From: Octopus sinensis
Lineage: Eukaryota
Direction of reading: 5' to 3'
DNA length: 64,000 nucleotides
NCBI RefSeq assembly: GCF_006345805.1
Contig: NC_043001.1
Span: forward strand, 123,628,001-123,692,000
The position numbers were made by a program, and so were the translations under genes. The notes beneath the pieces are model-generated. The model was given only the letters and a program-made list of their open reading frames with translations. It was not told the origin of the DNA and did no database searches. Below, piece by piece: positions 1 to 13,525 of the stretch (its first letter is position 1; each line of letters starts with the position of its first letter).

Positions 1-310
1 AACAACACAATGTGGAATTCCTACGCAAGAGGATTTTACCCCTTTTTAGCCCCAGCTGGCTTCCGACTCATGCTCTGTGTTCGTTTATTGTAATCAAGGG
101 AGTCTACTGCTCCCTTTCTAGCCTTAGCGATACCTGTAGACCAATGGTTTCTGGGCCACTTCCGTTCCTCGGTAGAGGACTATCACCGGAAGGAGATGGC
201 ATCCATTCGACCTTGGTCACAGTATATACTTTGACGTCACACAGGTGCTGATCACGTTATGAGTAAAATAGCTATTTTTCTATGTGCGTAGGACTAGCAC
301 ATTGTGTTGG

Positions 311-353
<43 letters not shown>

Positions 354-1468
354 AAAATATATATATACATATTATATAAGATTCCTCACAGTGTACATAT
401 AGAAAAATGTGCAGATAACATCAAACCAAATTTCACAGTCTTCCCTTTCTACGGTGCAAAGACGCAATCTCTTAACTAGACCTTTAAATAAAGAAACTTT
501 TTAAATTGAAAAATACAAAACACATCTTAATATGTACGCATAACCAACTTTTCGTTTTACATATTTCGATTCACGACTACATCACTGTATATAAATCCCC
601 TCACTAAACAAGGTTTCTGAAAATTGTCTCTGTCTGTACACATACATATTCCCCTCCCATTACCGAAAGCTGAACAGTTATCTCCCTTACCCACAGCAAT
701 AACAATACTAACGACAATCAATTACCTCCCCTTATTTTTCTACTTGTGAAGTCATTCACTCGCGAATTTCATCACACACAACATGGACAAAATTTCTTCT
801 TAAGAAAAAATATATATTCAAATAAGTAAAACATAATATCATGAATAGCAATAACGAAACCGGTCGATATATTAAAAATCATATTAAAACTATGTAAGTG
901 TGCGTATTGTCCTTTTTAATTTATATATATTATATATATAATATATATATATATATATATTATAGATGTATGTATGTATGTATGTATGTGTGTGTGTGTG
1001 TGAATACAACAGATAAGGGAAATGAAGTGGGAGAATAAATGTGTATTTCATTTGTTTATAGCTGTTTCGGTCTTATCAATTATGTAATAGAGATTACATC
1101 TACTACCAGAATACGCACTAATATAAAATATACATATAGCCAAGGCGATGTGCCAGCATAGCTGCATTAAATGATTGAAACAAATAAAAGAATTAAAGGA
1201 TATTTACATACGTGCTGAGAAACTAATAGACTGATCTTGAGAACTTTTGACGGCAATTCAAAGCGTCAATTCTACTACGGAAAGAAAGCTGACACAATAT
1301 AAGCCAGAGGCGTTAAATGTACTGTAGTGGCCTTGTAAGATGTTTGAAGCATCACAACTGTTTCAGTCACTGTTTTCCCCATCAGAAAACAGAATTTCAC
1401 AGAAGCACACTTCGTTTCAGCCATGGCAAAAGCGACAGAAGAGAAACACTGCAAAACAAAGACACAAA

Positions 1469-1870
1469 GGCACAGGAGTGGCTGTGTGGTAAGTAGTTTG
1501 TTTACCAACCACATGGTTCCGGGTTCAGTCCCACTGCGAGGCACCTTGGGCAAGTGTCTTCTACTGTAGCCTCGGGTCGACCAAAGCCTTGTGAGTGGAT
1601 TTGGTAGACGGAAACAGAAAGAAGCCCGACGTATATATGTATATATATATATATATGCGTGTGTTTGTTTGTGTGTCTGTGTTTGTCCCCATAGCATTGC
1701 TTGACAACCAATGCTGGTGTGTTTATGTCCCCGTTACTTAGCGGTTGGGCAAAAGAGACCAATAGAATAAGTACTAGGCTTACAAAAGAATAAGTCCCGG
1801 GGTCGATTTGTTCGACTAAAGGCGGTGTTCCAGCATGGCCGCAGTCAACTGACTGAAACAAGTAAAAGAG
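1469..1870 (+). mobile_element. tRNA-derived SINE, family A (~400 bp, internal (TA)n(TG)n tract)
   Basis: Head GGAGTGGCTGTGTGGTAAG...GGTTCAGTCCC has A/B-box-like motifs; body ends GGCCGCAGTCAACTGACTGAAACAAGTAAAAGAG; five further copies in window. Confidence 0.9.
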
Positions 1871-2812
1871 TATAAAAAAAGAGTACAGAATGCGACAGTA
1901 GGAGTAAAGTAGATGGCGCCGGCCGGTAGACGGATACCTGCAATACAAGAGGCTTGTCCTACAGAGGACGTTTATAATTACTTTTTGGTACCCCTTCGTA
2001 TAGTGACTTATGTGTAATGACATATACCACTCCAGTTTTCATTGCATTTGGATACAAAAAATGATTTAGCATTGTTGTCTAGATCAAAATTTACCGTTGT
2101 AAAAAATTGCCTCCAGTTATTGAACACTTGTTCAAAGCAAAAGGCAACAAAAATAACTGGAGGCAATTTTTGTTACCTTTTTTTGTGTTCGAGCAGCAAT
2201 TACTTTTCTATTTGTTACTTCTACCGATGTTAGGCAAATTTGATTTGGCGACGTCAAAAGTTATTTTGTTGACACGAGTTGTGGTTATAATATTCTGCCT
2301 TTGCGTTGCTTTTGCTTTTTAGATGGCAGTGATGGTGGTGGAGGGTGGTGCTCTAACAACTTAGAGAGCATCAACCGAGTTGGAGCACTCATCAAACGTG
2401 TTAGTTGTTCCTGATTAGTTACAAGGTTTCTATGAATAAGCGCTATCAATACCAACACTGTAAGCAGTCTCATCACACCGTGACGTCTAAACCGCACGAA
2501 GATTGGTTAAAATACAATTCCTAACGTTCAGCTTGCTGAAAACACTTGGATGATATTTATAGAACGATTTAGTCATTTCACTACAGGTGTCAGTCGTGAA
2601 GCATAACTGTTGGTAAATACTGTTATTACATAAACATTAAGGATGCAGGAAGCATTAAAGTACTTGTATCATTGCATTATCTAATATTGTAAAAATTGTA
2701 CAAAATGCAAAAGTAAATATGAAAATCACACAATGTTGGAATTTCAATGACTAATGTATTTATCAGTACACAATCAATTCTGATATGCATGTATGTTGTA
2801 TGCATGTATGTA

Positions 2813-2880
<68 letters not shown>

Positions 2881-2890
2881 TACACACACG

Positions 2891-2926
<36 letters not shown>

Positions 2927-2936
2927 GAATATATAT

Positions 2937-2983
<47 letters not shown>

Positions 2984-3433
2984 TATATATATATAAGTTA
3001 GGCCTACGTAAATGCACGTACATGCGAACTACTCACATAGACATATATGTGTGTATGTGTTTGAGTATATGTTTGATTACGTGTGTGTGTATGTATGTGT
3101 GTGTATAAGTGTGCTTACGAAAAGAATTCCGACAGGAAATGCGCGATTATCGATGAATCATCTAATATTTTCGTGATTATCTATTGTTGGTGGCATTCAT
3201 ATATATGAGGTTAAAACAATGCACATGCTCACACATGCCAATAAATGCCAAAACCCACAATACAACACAGTGGTATACATACATACATACATAAATACAT
3301 ACATACATACATACATACATACATACACACACACATACACCAACATATATATACGTATGTATGTATATTATATATACATACATACTTACATATATATATA
3401 TATGCACGTATATGTACATATATACATATACAC

Positions 3434-3469
<36 letters not shown>

Positions 3470-3793
3470 ATATATATATATATATATCTATATATATTAT
3501 ATATATATATATATAGTGTGTATATGTATGTATGTACTTAATGCGTCTGTATGTATGGAAGTACAGATGTATGTAATTAGCTCATCACAATCTCGATGTA
3601 CAAAGAAATATGATGTAATAATTATGCTAGAGATATGGCTTATCTTGTATGCAATACATAACGACACAGATTATGTTATCATACATGGGTATGGAATTAA
3701 CATGTGTTCTTACACACACACACAGATATATATATATACATATATATATGCATACATATATATATATATTACACATATATAAATATATATATA

Positions 3794-3852
<59 letters not shown>

Positions 3853-4481
3853 CACTTATATTTATTTATCTGGAGAAGCGTATGCTCTTGTGGGGCGTAT
3901 AAATCAATAAAGTAATACATACTTAACAAATATAAATAATTCAAAATAAGTCTAATTTGGTATCAGAGATATTTGCAAAATATAAAAGATCTTTTTTAGA
4001 AATCTACGTGCCTATGAGTTTGTTAGAGGGGGGAGCGGTATCAAAAAAATAATGATATTTTTGTTTCTTTAAAATTATATTCATATCTGATAATACATAT
4101 ATGCATAAGGATATGCGTACTTAATTGTACATGAATGCGGATGCCCGTATATATGTACAGATGCTAATGATAATAGATACATATATACATGCACATGTAC
4201 GTGCATATGTATGCATCTATACACACATGTATGAATGCACACGCATACGAACATGGACACACGGATACACATAGGAACACACACACACACACATATATAT
4301 TTATATATATACACACATGTATATATACATATATATAATATATATATATATATAGTATACATGATTTTATATATACATATACATATATACATAGTATGCA
4401 TGCTTCTGTATATATGCATATATATACATATATACACACTATATATCCATATATACATACATAGACACCCATGCAGGCACG

Positions 4482-4512
<31 letters not shown>

Positions 4513-5010
4513 ACACGCCTATGTCTTTAACTCTGTCTCTATCTTTCTATTTATCGCGTATCTAATTATCTATCTATTTCTATCAGGTTCTCTTGTCATC
4601 GCACAGATGAACTAGTAAGAGTGCTGAGAGCTTATCTCCTGCTTTCTTCCCCAGATATATAAATGTCGTCATCATGAACACTTTCTCTCGTGGTGGAAGA
4701 AAACAACATTTATGGTACATTAAACTATGATATCGACAACACCTATACACATCGAAATGGAGCATTCCAATGGCACCAAATTTCCCTTCCTCTCTCTCTC
4801 TCTCCCCATCTCTATTTCTTCCTCTCTCTCCATCTCTCTCTCTCCCTCCTGTTATTTCCTTCTCTTATTTGCTTTCTCTCTCACACTACAGTCACACTGT
4901 TAGATTTCTTACCGAAAATCAGAAAAGAGGCATCGTTACTAAGAAACAGCAAGAAAGCTATTCGGCCTTATCGAAAAAAACCTTATCGAAAGTAGCCTAG
5001 GGCAAAGAGT

Positions 5011-5315
5011 AAAGATCCTCTTCGGTCATGAATGACCATGAGATTTTATCTAGAAAGTTCCCCTTCAAGGCACAAGTTATGGAAGAGCAGCAGCCGCCCA
5101 TGCACACCAGCTTGCCCTCTCCAAGTGAAAGACAATGGCCGATACAGTATGGCGCCAATGACATAGGAACTGATTTCTAGAGCTGAGTGAAATGTAGCAA
5201 CGTGAAATAAAGTGTCTTGCTCAAGAACACATACACACAGCCCGGTCCGCGAATCAAACTCACAGCCACACGATTGCGAGCTCGGCGCTCTAAACACTGA
5301 GTCATGTGCCTTCAC
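5011..5315 (-). mobile_element. tRNA-derived SINE, family B (diverged copy)
   Basis: Reverse complement aligns with 16732-17070 (GTGAAGGCACATGACTCAGTG... to ...CATTCATGACCGAAG). Confidence 0.8.
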
Positions 5316-5393
5316 ATACGTAATAGACCACATAGACTAATATATGTGATGTTTCTACACAGACATCACTGTTCGCAAAGCGTTAATCTACAA

Positions 5394-5630
5394 CAGTAAT
5401 TCTCAACCATTCGTTGTCCCTTTGATTTCTATTTCAATCTACTGGACCTCCATAGCCATTCACTGTAAATAAAAAGGAATCTTACTGTATTTTTGTATAA
5501 TTAAATATTATTAGAAATCGTATAGAAATTTTAATTATTTTGTTTATTGTAGAAAATTGCAGATAAATTATTTCAACAAAATCTCATATGGATCACCAAG
5601 GGCTATATGAACACCGCTTGAGAAGCCTTA
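5394..5630. mobile_element. Degenerate hAT (Charlie-like) MITE
   Basis: Ends CAGTAATTCTCAACC and GCTTGAGAAGCC resemble the CAGTGGTTCTCAACC terminal inverted repeat; AT-rich interior. Confidence 0.4.
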
Positions 5631-6293
5631 GGGTAGAAACATATAACTATGAATATGCTTCATCTGTTAGAAAATATTACTTGCGGCATATAATTAACAG
5701 AAGAAAAATATTCGAAGTGAATGATTAGAAGCGTAATTTTTATGGAAAAAGAAATCAATTCTATAATCAACAAAAGACATTAGTTGTGAGACGCTACCGA
5801 TCTGAATACGTCGTTGCGGACACAGCTCGTCATGTCAATGTAGATGCTAAGCTAATGTTAGTCTCAATGCTCTCTCCATAAGGATGGGAGTTCAAGCCGG
5901 ACATGGTTTAGAGTACATTTTACCGACCCTAGTAGTAGAGAAATTTGCCAACCCATTCCTTGAATATAACATAGATTCGACTAGAGCAAACATGCATATA
6001 TATATATATATAGTGACTGCCTTGAGCAGCTTGCACGACCCGCGCATCCTACTCTGCGTCATTGAAACCTGAATAAGTTGGGTTACATTGTTTGTAAACG
6101 TGTGTTTAGATATATATTTTGATCGTTTATTTAAAACGCATATTGTTGATTGTTTATTTCAAACTTATATTAATAAAATTTTGTTGTTGTTTCATTTAAA
6201 GTAAACCATACACACACAGCTAACTACGTAGGGACATACATATATATGTATGCATACATACACATACACAATGACGCACACACATGAGTATAT

Positions 6294-6333
<40 letters not shown>

Positions 6334-6373
6334 GACTCTATGTATGCATGTATTAGACATATATATATATATA

Positions 6374-6423
<50 letters not shown>

Positions 6424-6518
6424 GTGCGTTGTAGTCCGCTTGAAGCATTGGTAGTATCGAAGAAGGAAGAGAAAGACAAAATAAGAAGGCTTTTATAATG
6501 CAGGAAGTTTCATAATAT

Positions 6519-6555
6519 CTTTTATATTTCAGGTGCAAATGTCCATCGTCAGAAG
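6519..6555 (-). ncRNA. Minimal type I hammerhead ribozyme, degenerate (left pLTR)
   Basis: CTT-CTGACGA-TGGAC attt GCACCT-GAA-ATAT-A-AAAG; core intact, stem II damaged, palindromic helix III. Confidence 0.55.
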
Positions 6556-7218
6556 CAAGGAGTCAAGGAAATATCCAGTTACACCGATTCCGTTATCTTA
6601 CTCAAAACCCTCAGCGTTAGGTTAGCAGCAGTATGAGCCACTTTGGAACTGTTGATGTAAGCAACTCTCCAACTGTTGGTTAAGCGAACACACAACTGTT
6701 GATGTAGGTGACTCACCAACTGTTGATTGATGTGACGCGTTAGCAGCAGTAGCAGCAACACTCCGACTATTAACTGATGCGATATATAGTCACGTGGTGG
6801 TGGTGGTGGTAGCGTATATTATGATGTTATCATAGGAGACACTGGCTCCACTCTGAGCAACTGTTAATTTCCGTAGTGAATCAATATAGCTTCTTTTATA
6901 CGTAAATTTCCAATGTTCCTCTCCGAGGCCTATATAGAGGCATCTATCGCTTTGGTGGTATTGCTGTATCTGGTCAATTACTTGCGGAAAGAAGACGCAT
7001 TGGTAGTGAGATACTTGTTCATTCGGACGTGCAGTGGTCGTACTGAGCTACAGACGGGGCAGTTCGCCAGTGTGCAGTTCTGTACGTGACCACCTCGTTG
7101 GTACGAAGGGACTGTCTTGAATGGGCCAGTAGGATATCGAATGCTTCTTTGCGGATAACCAAGGCGTTTCAGTAAGTTCACGGAATCGGTGTAACAGGAA
7201 CATTTCCTAGACTGCTTC

Positions 7219-7254
7219 CTTCTGAGTAAAGGCTTCTGCGCCTGAAATATAAAG
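7219..7254 (+). ncRNA. Minimal type I hammerhead ribozyme, degenerate (right pLTR)
   Basis: CTT-CTGAGTA-A-AGGC ttctgc GCCT-GAA-ATAT-A-AAG; G8 mutated, stem II intact. Confidence 0.55.
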
Positions 7255-7349
7255 TTTTTGTAAAACTTCCTGCATTATTAGAGGCTTTATTTTCCTCCCT
7301 TTCCTTTCCTTCTTCACGTATATATATATTATATATATATATAATATAT

Positions 7350-7407
<58 letters not shown>

Positions 7408-7591
7408 TGTGTGTGTTTGTGTATGTGTGTGTGTGTGGGTGTGTGTGTGTGTGTTATGTGTGTGTGTGTTATGCGTGTGTGCGCCTGTGTGTCTATGTGA
7501 AGGCGCATTGCACATTGGTTAGAACACGGGCTTAGAATGCTGGACAGATACCAGCATTGTACACAGACACACCACACGCAAACATATAACC

Positions 7592-7658
<67 letters not shown>

Positions 7659-9540
7659 ACAATACGTATTTAGTTAACACAAATGCATATATGGATATAA
7701 TGAAAGTGTAGCAAAGTAAAAGCGGTGCCCCCATAATGGCCGCAACCCTCGATCTATAACTAGAAAAGGGGGAAAAACAGACAATATATATATATATATA
7801 TATAGTTGATATTTATAGAAAAGCAAAAGATGAAGACAGGTGTATTCGTTTGACGCTCGGAAAAATGAAAAAGTCGTTTACGTTTCGATCCTGCGCTTTC
7901 AATAGAAGGGAACAAGAGGAAATAAACAGAGAGAGAATGGAAAAAGTCTTGTAAATTTAGCGTTGCAATACATATATTTGGTTCCGCAATACCTAAACAG
8001 AATATCTGTAAATATATATGATTCATACGTATATATTTATATAGATAGCTAAATATATCTATGCACGTAAGTGTATCTTATAGCATGTTTGTACACATTA
8101 TCAGGATTGATAATTTAAACTAAGCAAACATATAGCAGTGGTCAGATATCCGTAAAAGGGCAAATTTGAACAAAAGATGTTGGGGAAGCAGGATCAGTAA
8201 TTATTGCACAATGATTCATCAATGAGTCACAGGCGTAGCTTTGCTGTCTGACACGCTCAGCAGATACACACTCCGATTCAGAGAATTGCATCTAGAAAGA
8301 ATATCATTGCATCAGTGGCCATCGATCCACAATCAAACATGCTTGCCTTCGTCAATTTGTATGTATGTATATGTGTGTGTGTATATGTATATATATGTGT
8401 GTATAAATGTATGTGTTTATGTGTATGTATGCATCTCTGCGTAACTGTGTATATATATACGTGTGTATATATTTATATATTCTTTATAAGTACGTATCAT
8501 TTGGATATATATATATATAATATATATATATATATCTATATATGAGATAACCCACATATACACATCACCATATATAAAAACATACGTTATTTCGAAATGC
8601 TGGGTCTGTATTAACATGTACATGCATGCACAATGTTTTCGTGTACAATAAGTACATATACTGCACAAATATATATTGCACACATTTATACATACATAGA
8701 TACATACATACATACATACATACATATATGTATATATATGTGCGTGTATATGCACATACAAGTGGGATAGATAGATAGATAGATATATAGATAGATAAGG
8801 ATGCACAGATATGTATATACACACACATATGTTTAATCACAATATATATGTATGTATGTATGTATGTAGTATGTATTTATGTATGTATACACTCACACAC
8901 ACACATAAATTCATAAAAATTATTTTGAATTCAAATGTCACACTACCAGTCTTGAGAGTTTCATTTGCGACTAAACATATGTGTGTGTGTATATACATTT
9001 CTGTGTATCTTTATCTATCTGTCTCTTTATTTATCTATCTATGACTTATTCTTTTTAGAAATATGACTCTATATTTGACCACACAATTGAATATAAATGG
9101 TCGTATTTAAGCTGTTATAGTATATTGCTGTAAGATATACAGAACGCTATTCGGAAAATATACATCTTCCGCCGCTAATAGCGAATTTTTGCCCTAAACG
9201 CCACCAATGTGTGATATCAGTGGTTCGTTATTGAATGTGTTCCAATATCAGTAGAGGCTAAATTGATTTAGGCATGCTGTTGATAGTGGAGATATGCTAT
9301 TGACGACATTCAGAGACAAAAAGATCCAGATTGAGCAATTCTACTATTGTTGCTGGACACTTTTCTGCTGCTAGTCATACACATCCGTCCATTTTAGCAC
9401 TAAACGTTGACACAAGAAGTTTTTTCATGTCGAATATATGCAGAAAGCTATTCTGAACCAATATATATATCCATACTAGGATAATTCATTCAACTACTTA
9501 AATATATATATTATATGTATATATATATATATCGTGACGT

Positions 9541-10070
9541 ATATTTGCCATTTCAATATGGCTACCTCTAAGGGTGGATGCTACTGTAGTTTTTAGCCCC
9601 AGGAGGACACACTCCTCCATCTGGCCATAGACACACTTTCTGTGTCCTGTCAGTATTTGGAAAGGGAAGTCATCCTTCCCGTCTTCAACTTATGATACAC
9701 ACGGACTCGAGTTTCGAGGTATTGACCTCTCGTCAGCGTGTGACAATCATAGTTGTCGGCGAGAATTAGATTCCTTCACAAATACTTATACTTTTTCCAG
9801 CGTCCACTGTCGCTGATATATCGGGAAGTATATTTGTCACTTAAATGTATCTAACCCCTAAGGGTGGATGCTACTGTAGCTTATAGCCCCAGGAACACCC
9901 CTCCTCCAGCTGGCTATTGTCACACTCTCTGTGCCTTATCAGTATTTGCAAAGTGAAGCCATCATTCCCGCCTTCAACCTATGATACACACGGACTCGAG
10001 TTTCTCGGTAGCCACATTTAATTGCCGAATATACTTCACGATGTGTTGCAGCTACTGTTTATACCACGCC
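9541..10070 (-). mobile_element. Tandem ~290-bp HHR-bearing repeat (non-LTR retrozyme or PLE pLTR-like)
   Basis: Anchors TAAGGGTGGATG at 9569 and 9859 and TATGATACACACGGACTCGAGTTTC at 9691 and 9980; flanked by (TA)n. Confidence 0.8.
9698..9742 (-). ncRNA. Intact type I hammerhead ribozyme
   Basis: CACACG-CTGACGA-GAGGT caat ACCTC-GAA-ACTCGAGT-C-CGTGTG: all core nucleotides present, perfect 6-bp stem I, 5-bp stem II, palindromic helix III, GUC cleavage triplet. Confidence 0.92.
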
Positions 10071-10317
10071 CAGAGATTTATTATATATATATATATATAT
10101 AATATATATAATATATATACATATATATGTGTGTGTGTGTGTGTGGTAGTTATACCTGAGATAATACTTGGAATACATGTAGAGCAGTAGGCTATATACT
10201 TTTTATAATATGAATTGAAAATAAAGTTGCTTATAGTGGCTCACCAGTTTCCTTTTAGTCGAGATTCATCTTTGCTTTTATGAAATTGGTCAGGCACTGT
10301 TATAACAATTTCTTCAA

Positions 10318-10318
<1 letters not shown>

Positions 10319-10400
<82 letters not shown>
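10319..10400. repeat. (CTAT)n microsatellite
   Basis: Direct reading; similar arrays near 24015-24131, 26188-26270 and 26410-26467. Confidence 0.95.
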
Positions 10401-10402
<2 letters not shown>

Positions 10403-10479
10403 GTCTGCCTGTCTGTCTGTCTATTTATGTGTGCATATATATGTGTGTGTGTGTACACACATACACACACACACGTATG

Positions 10480-10738
10480 GTGAAAGCGCATACCTCTCTG
10501 GTTAGAGCATCAGGCTCACAATCATGAGGTAATAAGTTCGATTCCCGTTGCTCAGCTGTAGAAACGAGTCGCGACGTTACTGGTGCCAAGTTGTATCGCC
10601 CTTTGCCTTTCTCTTTGATAACATCGGTGGCAAAGAGAGGGTAAGTTGATGTGCATAAACAACCGTGCCCGGACTTGTGCTTAAGGATGTAACTTTATAG
10701 GTACAATCCTATGATGATTCGTGATCGAAGGGATACTT
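10480..10738 (+). mobile_element. tRNA-derived SINE family B, internally deleted copy
   Basis: Matches head and tail of 16732-17070 with gaps. Confidence 0.75.
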
Positions 10739-11068
10739 TTATATTTATATATATATGACTGCCTTGTGCTATGTTCTGATGGCGCTTGATCAGAAATGCA
10801 AAGGGTGAGTTCTAGCATTTTCAAATTTGTAATTCTCGAAATATTATGTTGACAAAGGAAATGAATTTTTATAATTCTAATCCAGAAACGCGTCCATAAT
10901 TAATCGAAGACTGTTTGATTTCATTATTTTCTTCTTGTTACCTATGTGAGTTACAACTATTGTTATCTGTGGAGACATATTTTGTAGGAAAAATAAATAA
11001 CGGTTTTTTGGCTGTTATTTCGGTATGTGGTGAAGCAACTTGTTGCTAAACCCGTAATTATATATATA

Positions 11069-11119
<51 letters not shown>

Positions 11120-11757
11120 TATATTATATGTATATGTATGTATATATATATATAATATATATATATATATATGTATATATATGTATGTATTATGTATGTA
11201 TGTATATATTATATATATATATATGCACACACGCACACGCTCTCTCTAATAAGTTTCCATTTGTGTACTAAATGCAATGCGAAATACAGAGAGAAAGAAA
11301 TGGGGGTATTTATAGGTTTTATCTTTCCAGAATAATGCTTCACCGTTTGCAGCCTTATTTCTATACTAAACAGAGGAAGCAACGACTATCCACAATTGAA
11401 ACACGTATCCACTAATGACTTGACAAGCTTTAGAAGTGTTGAGAAAAATGAATGCCAATTAATATTCTTCATATATAAAAGTAAATAATTTGATATTACT
11501 TCGTGTTGTCAATGCTTGTTTATAATGTGAAAGAAAACCAGGCATTTCATTTCTGTTTTCGTTTTTCTTCTTTCTCTATTCGCCTTTGGTGATTATTAGA
11601 AGTAATTTGCTGAAATCTGCATGTGGCAAGTTACTGAGTAAATTCTTTATAACCGACATGATGAAACTGTAGAGTCAATTTTACTTTTCAAAACAACGTT
11701 TGCTAACATATACTGCAATATACATACGTACACGCACACACACACACATGTGTGTGT

Positions 11758-11788
<31 letters not shown>

Positions 11789-12427
11789 GTATATATATAT
11801 ATATATGCTATATGAGTGTATGTGTGTGGGGTGTTTCTCTCTCTCTCTCTCTGTGTAAAAACACCGCGGGGGTAAAACTATAAGCAATGAAAACAAAATG
11901 AATTACGTTGAAGCGACATGTTTTCTAAAAACATTATTAGTTGCCTTCAGAACAATTTTGAATATTACTGACACATGAAATATCTGAACTACAACTCTAA
12001 GTTAATTATATGAAAATAAATATGCACTGTCTTCATCTTTGTTATATTGTATATGGACGGCTTTTGTTCCGATCAAACTTTTCTATGACGTGCTTGTGTT
12101 CGATCGATATTCACGCAAAGATTCTCAAAAGCCGTGAATATTTAACTGTGATCTAACGTTGACCCTTCGTGGTAGTTTTGCACTAGATGTTTCATATTAT
12201 CACATTGAGTACAGTTCGAAATAATGGAAGAGTTTGAACTTAGATCTGCAAAACACCGGCCAACGACCACGCATAATGTCATTTATCTGCACTGTTTCCA
12301 ACTGGCTGCCTTCATATCATATCTATTGTGTTTGGTTGGGTGAATTTCTTTAGGTTGCTATTAGTTTTGTAACGTTTATACATGCACATACACACAGCCT
12401 ATGCACACACAAACACGGATAAACTCA

Positions 12428-12510
12428 ACCTCGCCCTACCCCTCACCAGAAGCCCCACCCTACCCCTCGCCAGAAACCCCACCCTACCCATCGCCAGAAA
12501 CCCCACCCCA
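12428..12510. repeat. 24-bp C-rich minisatellite, about 3 copies
   Basis: Unit CCCTACCCCTCGCCAGAAACCCCA. Confidence 0.85.
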
Positions 12511-12658
12511 CCCCCATATATGTACATAGGATGTCTTATGTAAACCATGATGATAATCCAATGACAAATCAAAAGGCTTATTCCATGGCGTAAGAAATCC
12601 AAGAATCAGGGTGCAACATTTATCGTATGTCTGTCTGTCTACCACTCTGTCTATCAAC

Positions 12659-12702
<44 letters not shown>

Positions 12703-13404
12703 ATATGATCAATACATGTAACAAAGATTTGCTGTCTTTCATTTAGGTGCAGCCGTCGGTGTAAATTTTGAAGAAAGAACATTTTATTCTGTCAATAAAA
12801 TTGTCTTATACGTTTTCGTTGACATTCGTTTTCGTTTAATATAATAAACAGCATTGGTTTTTCCGCTTCACTGCGAATGTCAGTAAGTATAATACCTGCA
12901 ACCCAGAGTTATATTATTAAAAGGGGATTTCCATCGTGATGACACGGCTTTACTAAGTGAACTCATGAGTTATTGTTCTATTTGTGGTATATTGTGGTAT
13001 AAATGTCCTATATTTGGAAGCAGAGAATCTAATTCAGATTGTTTATTGATAATTCTTTATTTATATATCCTTTTGTTTTGGACTACCATTCCGATTTTGT
13101 TATTGTTACAGTTAAATATGTACCATATTTAAAGAGCACTTGTTGATAGGCAAGTTATAATATTTGCCCTGAGATAATATTTTATTGAACTTGCTGTGTT
13201 AAACACATACACACACACATTCACACATACATACACATACACATACACATACATACACACACAGTCACACACACTCACACACACATACACACAAATTCAG
13301 GCAGAGATGAACATCCGACACAGTAGCGGCCTGCGAAAATATCAGATGCATTTTAGCTTGCTTTTGGGCGCTGCACTACGGCGTGATGCAGCTAGCCATA
13401 TGCC

Positions 13405-13525
13405 TAGACAAGAATTTGCCCTCTCTGGATAAAATGGAATAAAATATTCTTTGATATTGCAAATAGACAAGAATTTGCCCTCTCTGGATAAAAGGGATTA
13501 AAATATTCTCTGATATTGCAAATAG
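13405..13525. repeat. 59-bp direct tandem duplication
   Basis: TAGACAAGAATTTGCCCTCTCTGGATAAAA... starts at 13405 and 13464; 3 mismatches. Confidence 0.9.

Larger units (their letters stand above)
6459..7316 (-). mobile_element. Penelope-like element remnant: GIY-YIG fragment between inverted pseudo-LTRs
   Basis: Imperfect ~135-bp inverted arms 6459-6593 and 7180-7316. Minus strand reads LGYP...C..ANCPVC..RPLHVRMN...SSFRK*L...NLRIKEAILIH (PLE zinc knuckle and GIY-YIG tail). Each arm carries a decayed HHR core. Confidence 0.75.

Noticed and set aside
12-251. 79-aa ORF in a GC-richer stretch at the window start
   Set aside because: No recognisable motifs in any frame; probably the edge of a repeat that continues outside the window
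1910-1920. TAGATGGCGCC (CTCF-like); YY1-like GCCATCTT near 44598; AP-1-like TGAGTCA near 8223
   Set aside because: Short motifs expected by chance in 64 kb; no supporting context
1275-2023. 140-aa and 173-aa ORFs recurring with similar peptides (RLPNPLTRLWS...)
   Set aside because: They run through SINE family A; the recurrence reflects SINE copies, not a protein family
2677-4615. Many 70-190 aa ORFs rich in Y/I/H/T/V/C (also at 7-9, 24-26, 28, 42 and 58 kb)
   Set aside because: Translations of (TA)n, (CA)n, (TACA)n and (CTAT)n tracts, which lack stops in several frames; not genes
12428-13525. Short direct repeats as possible CRISPR array
   Set aside because: Eukaryotic DNA, no unique spacers, no cas genes
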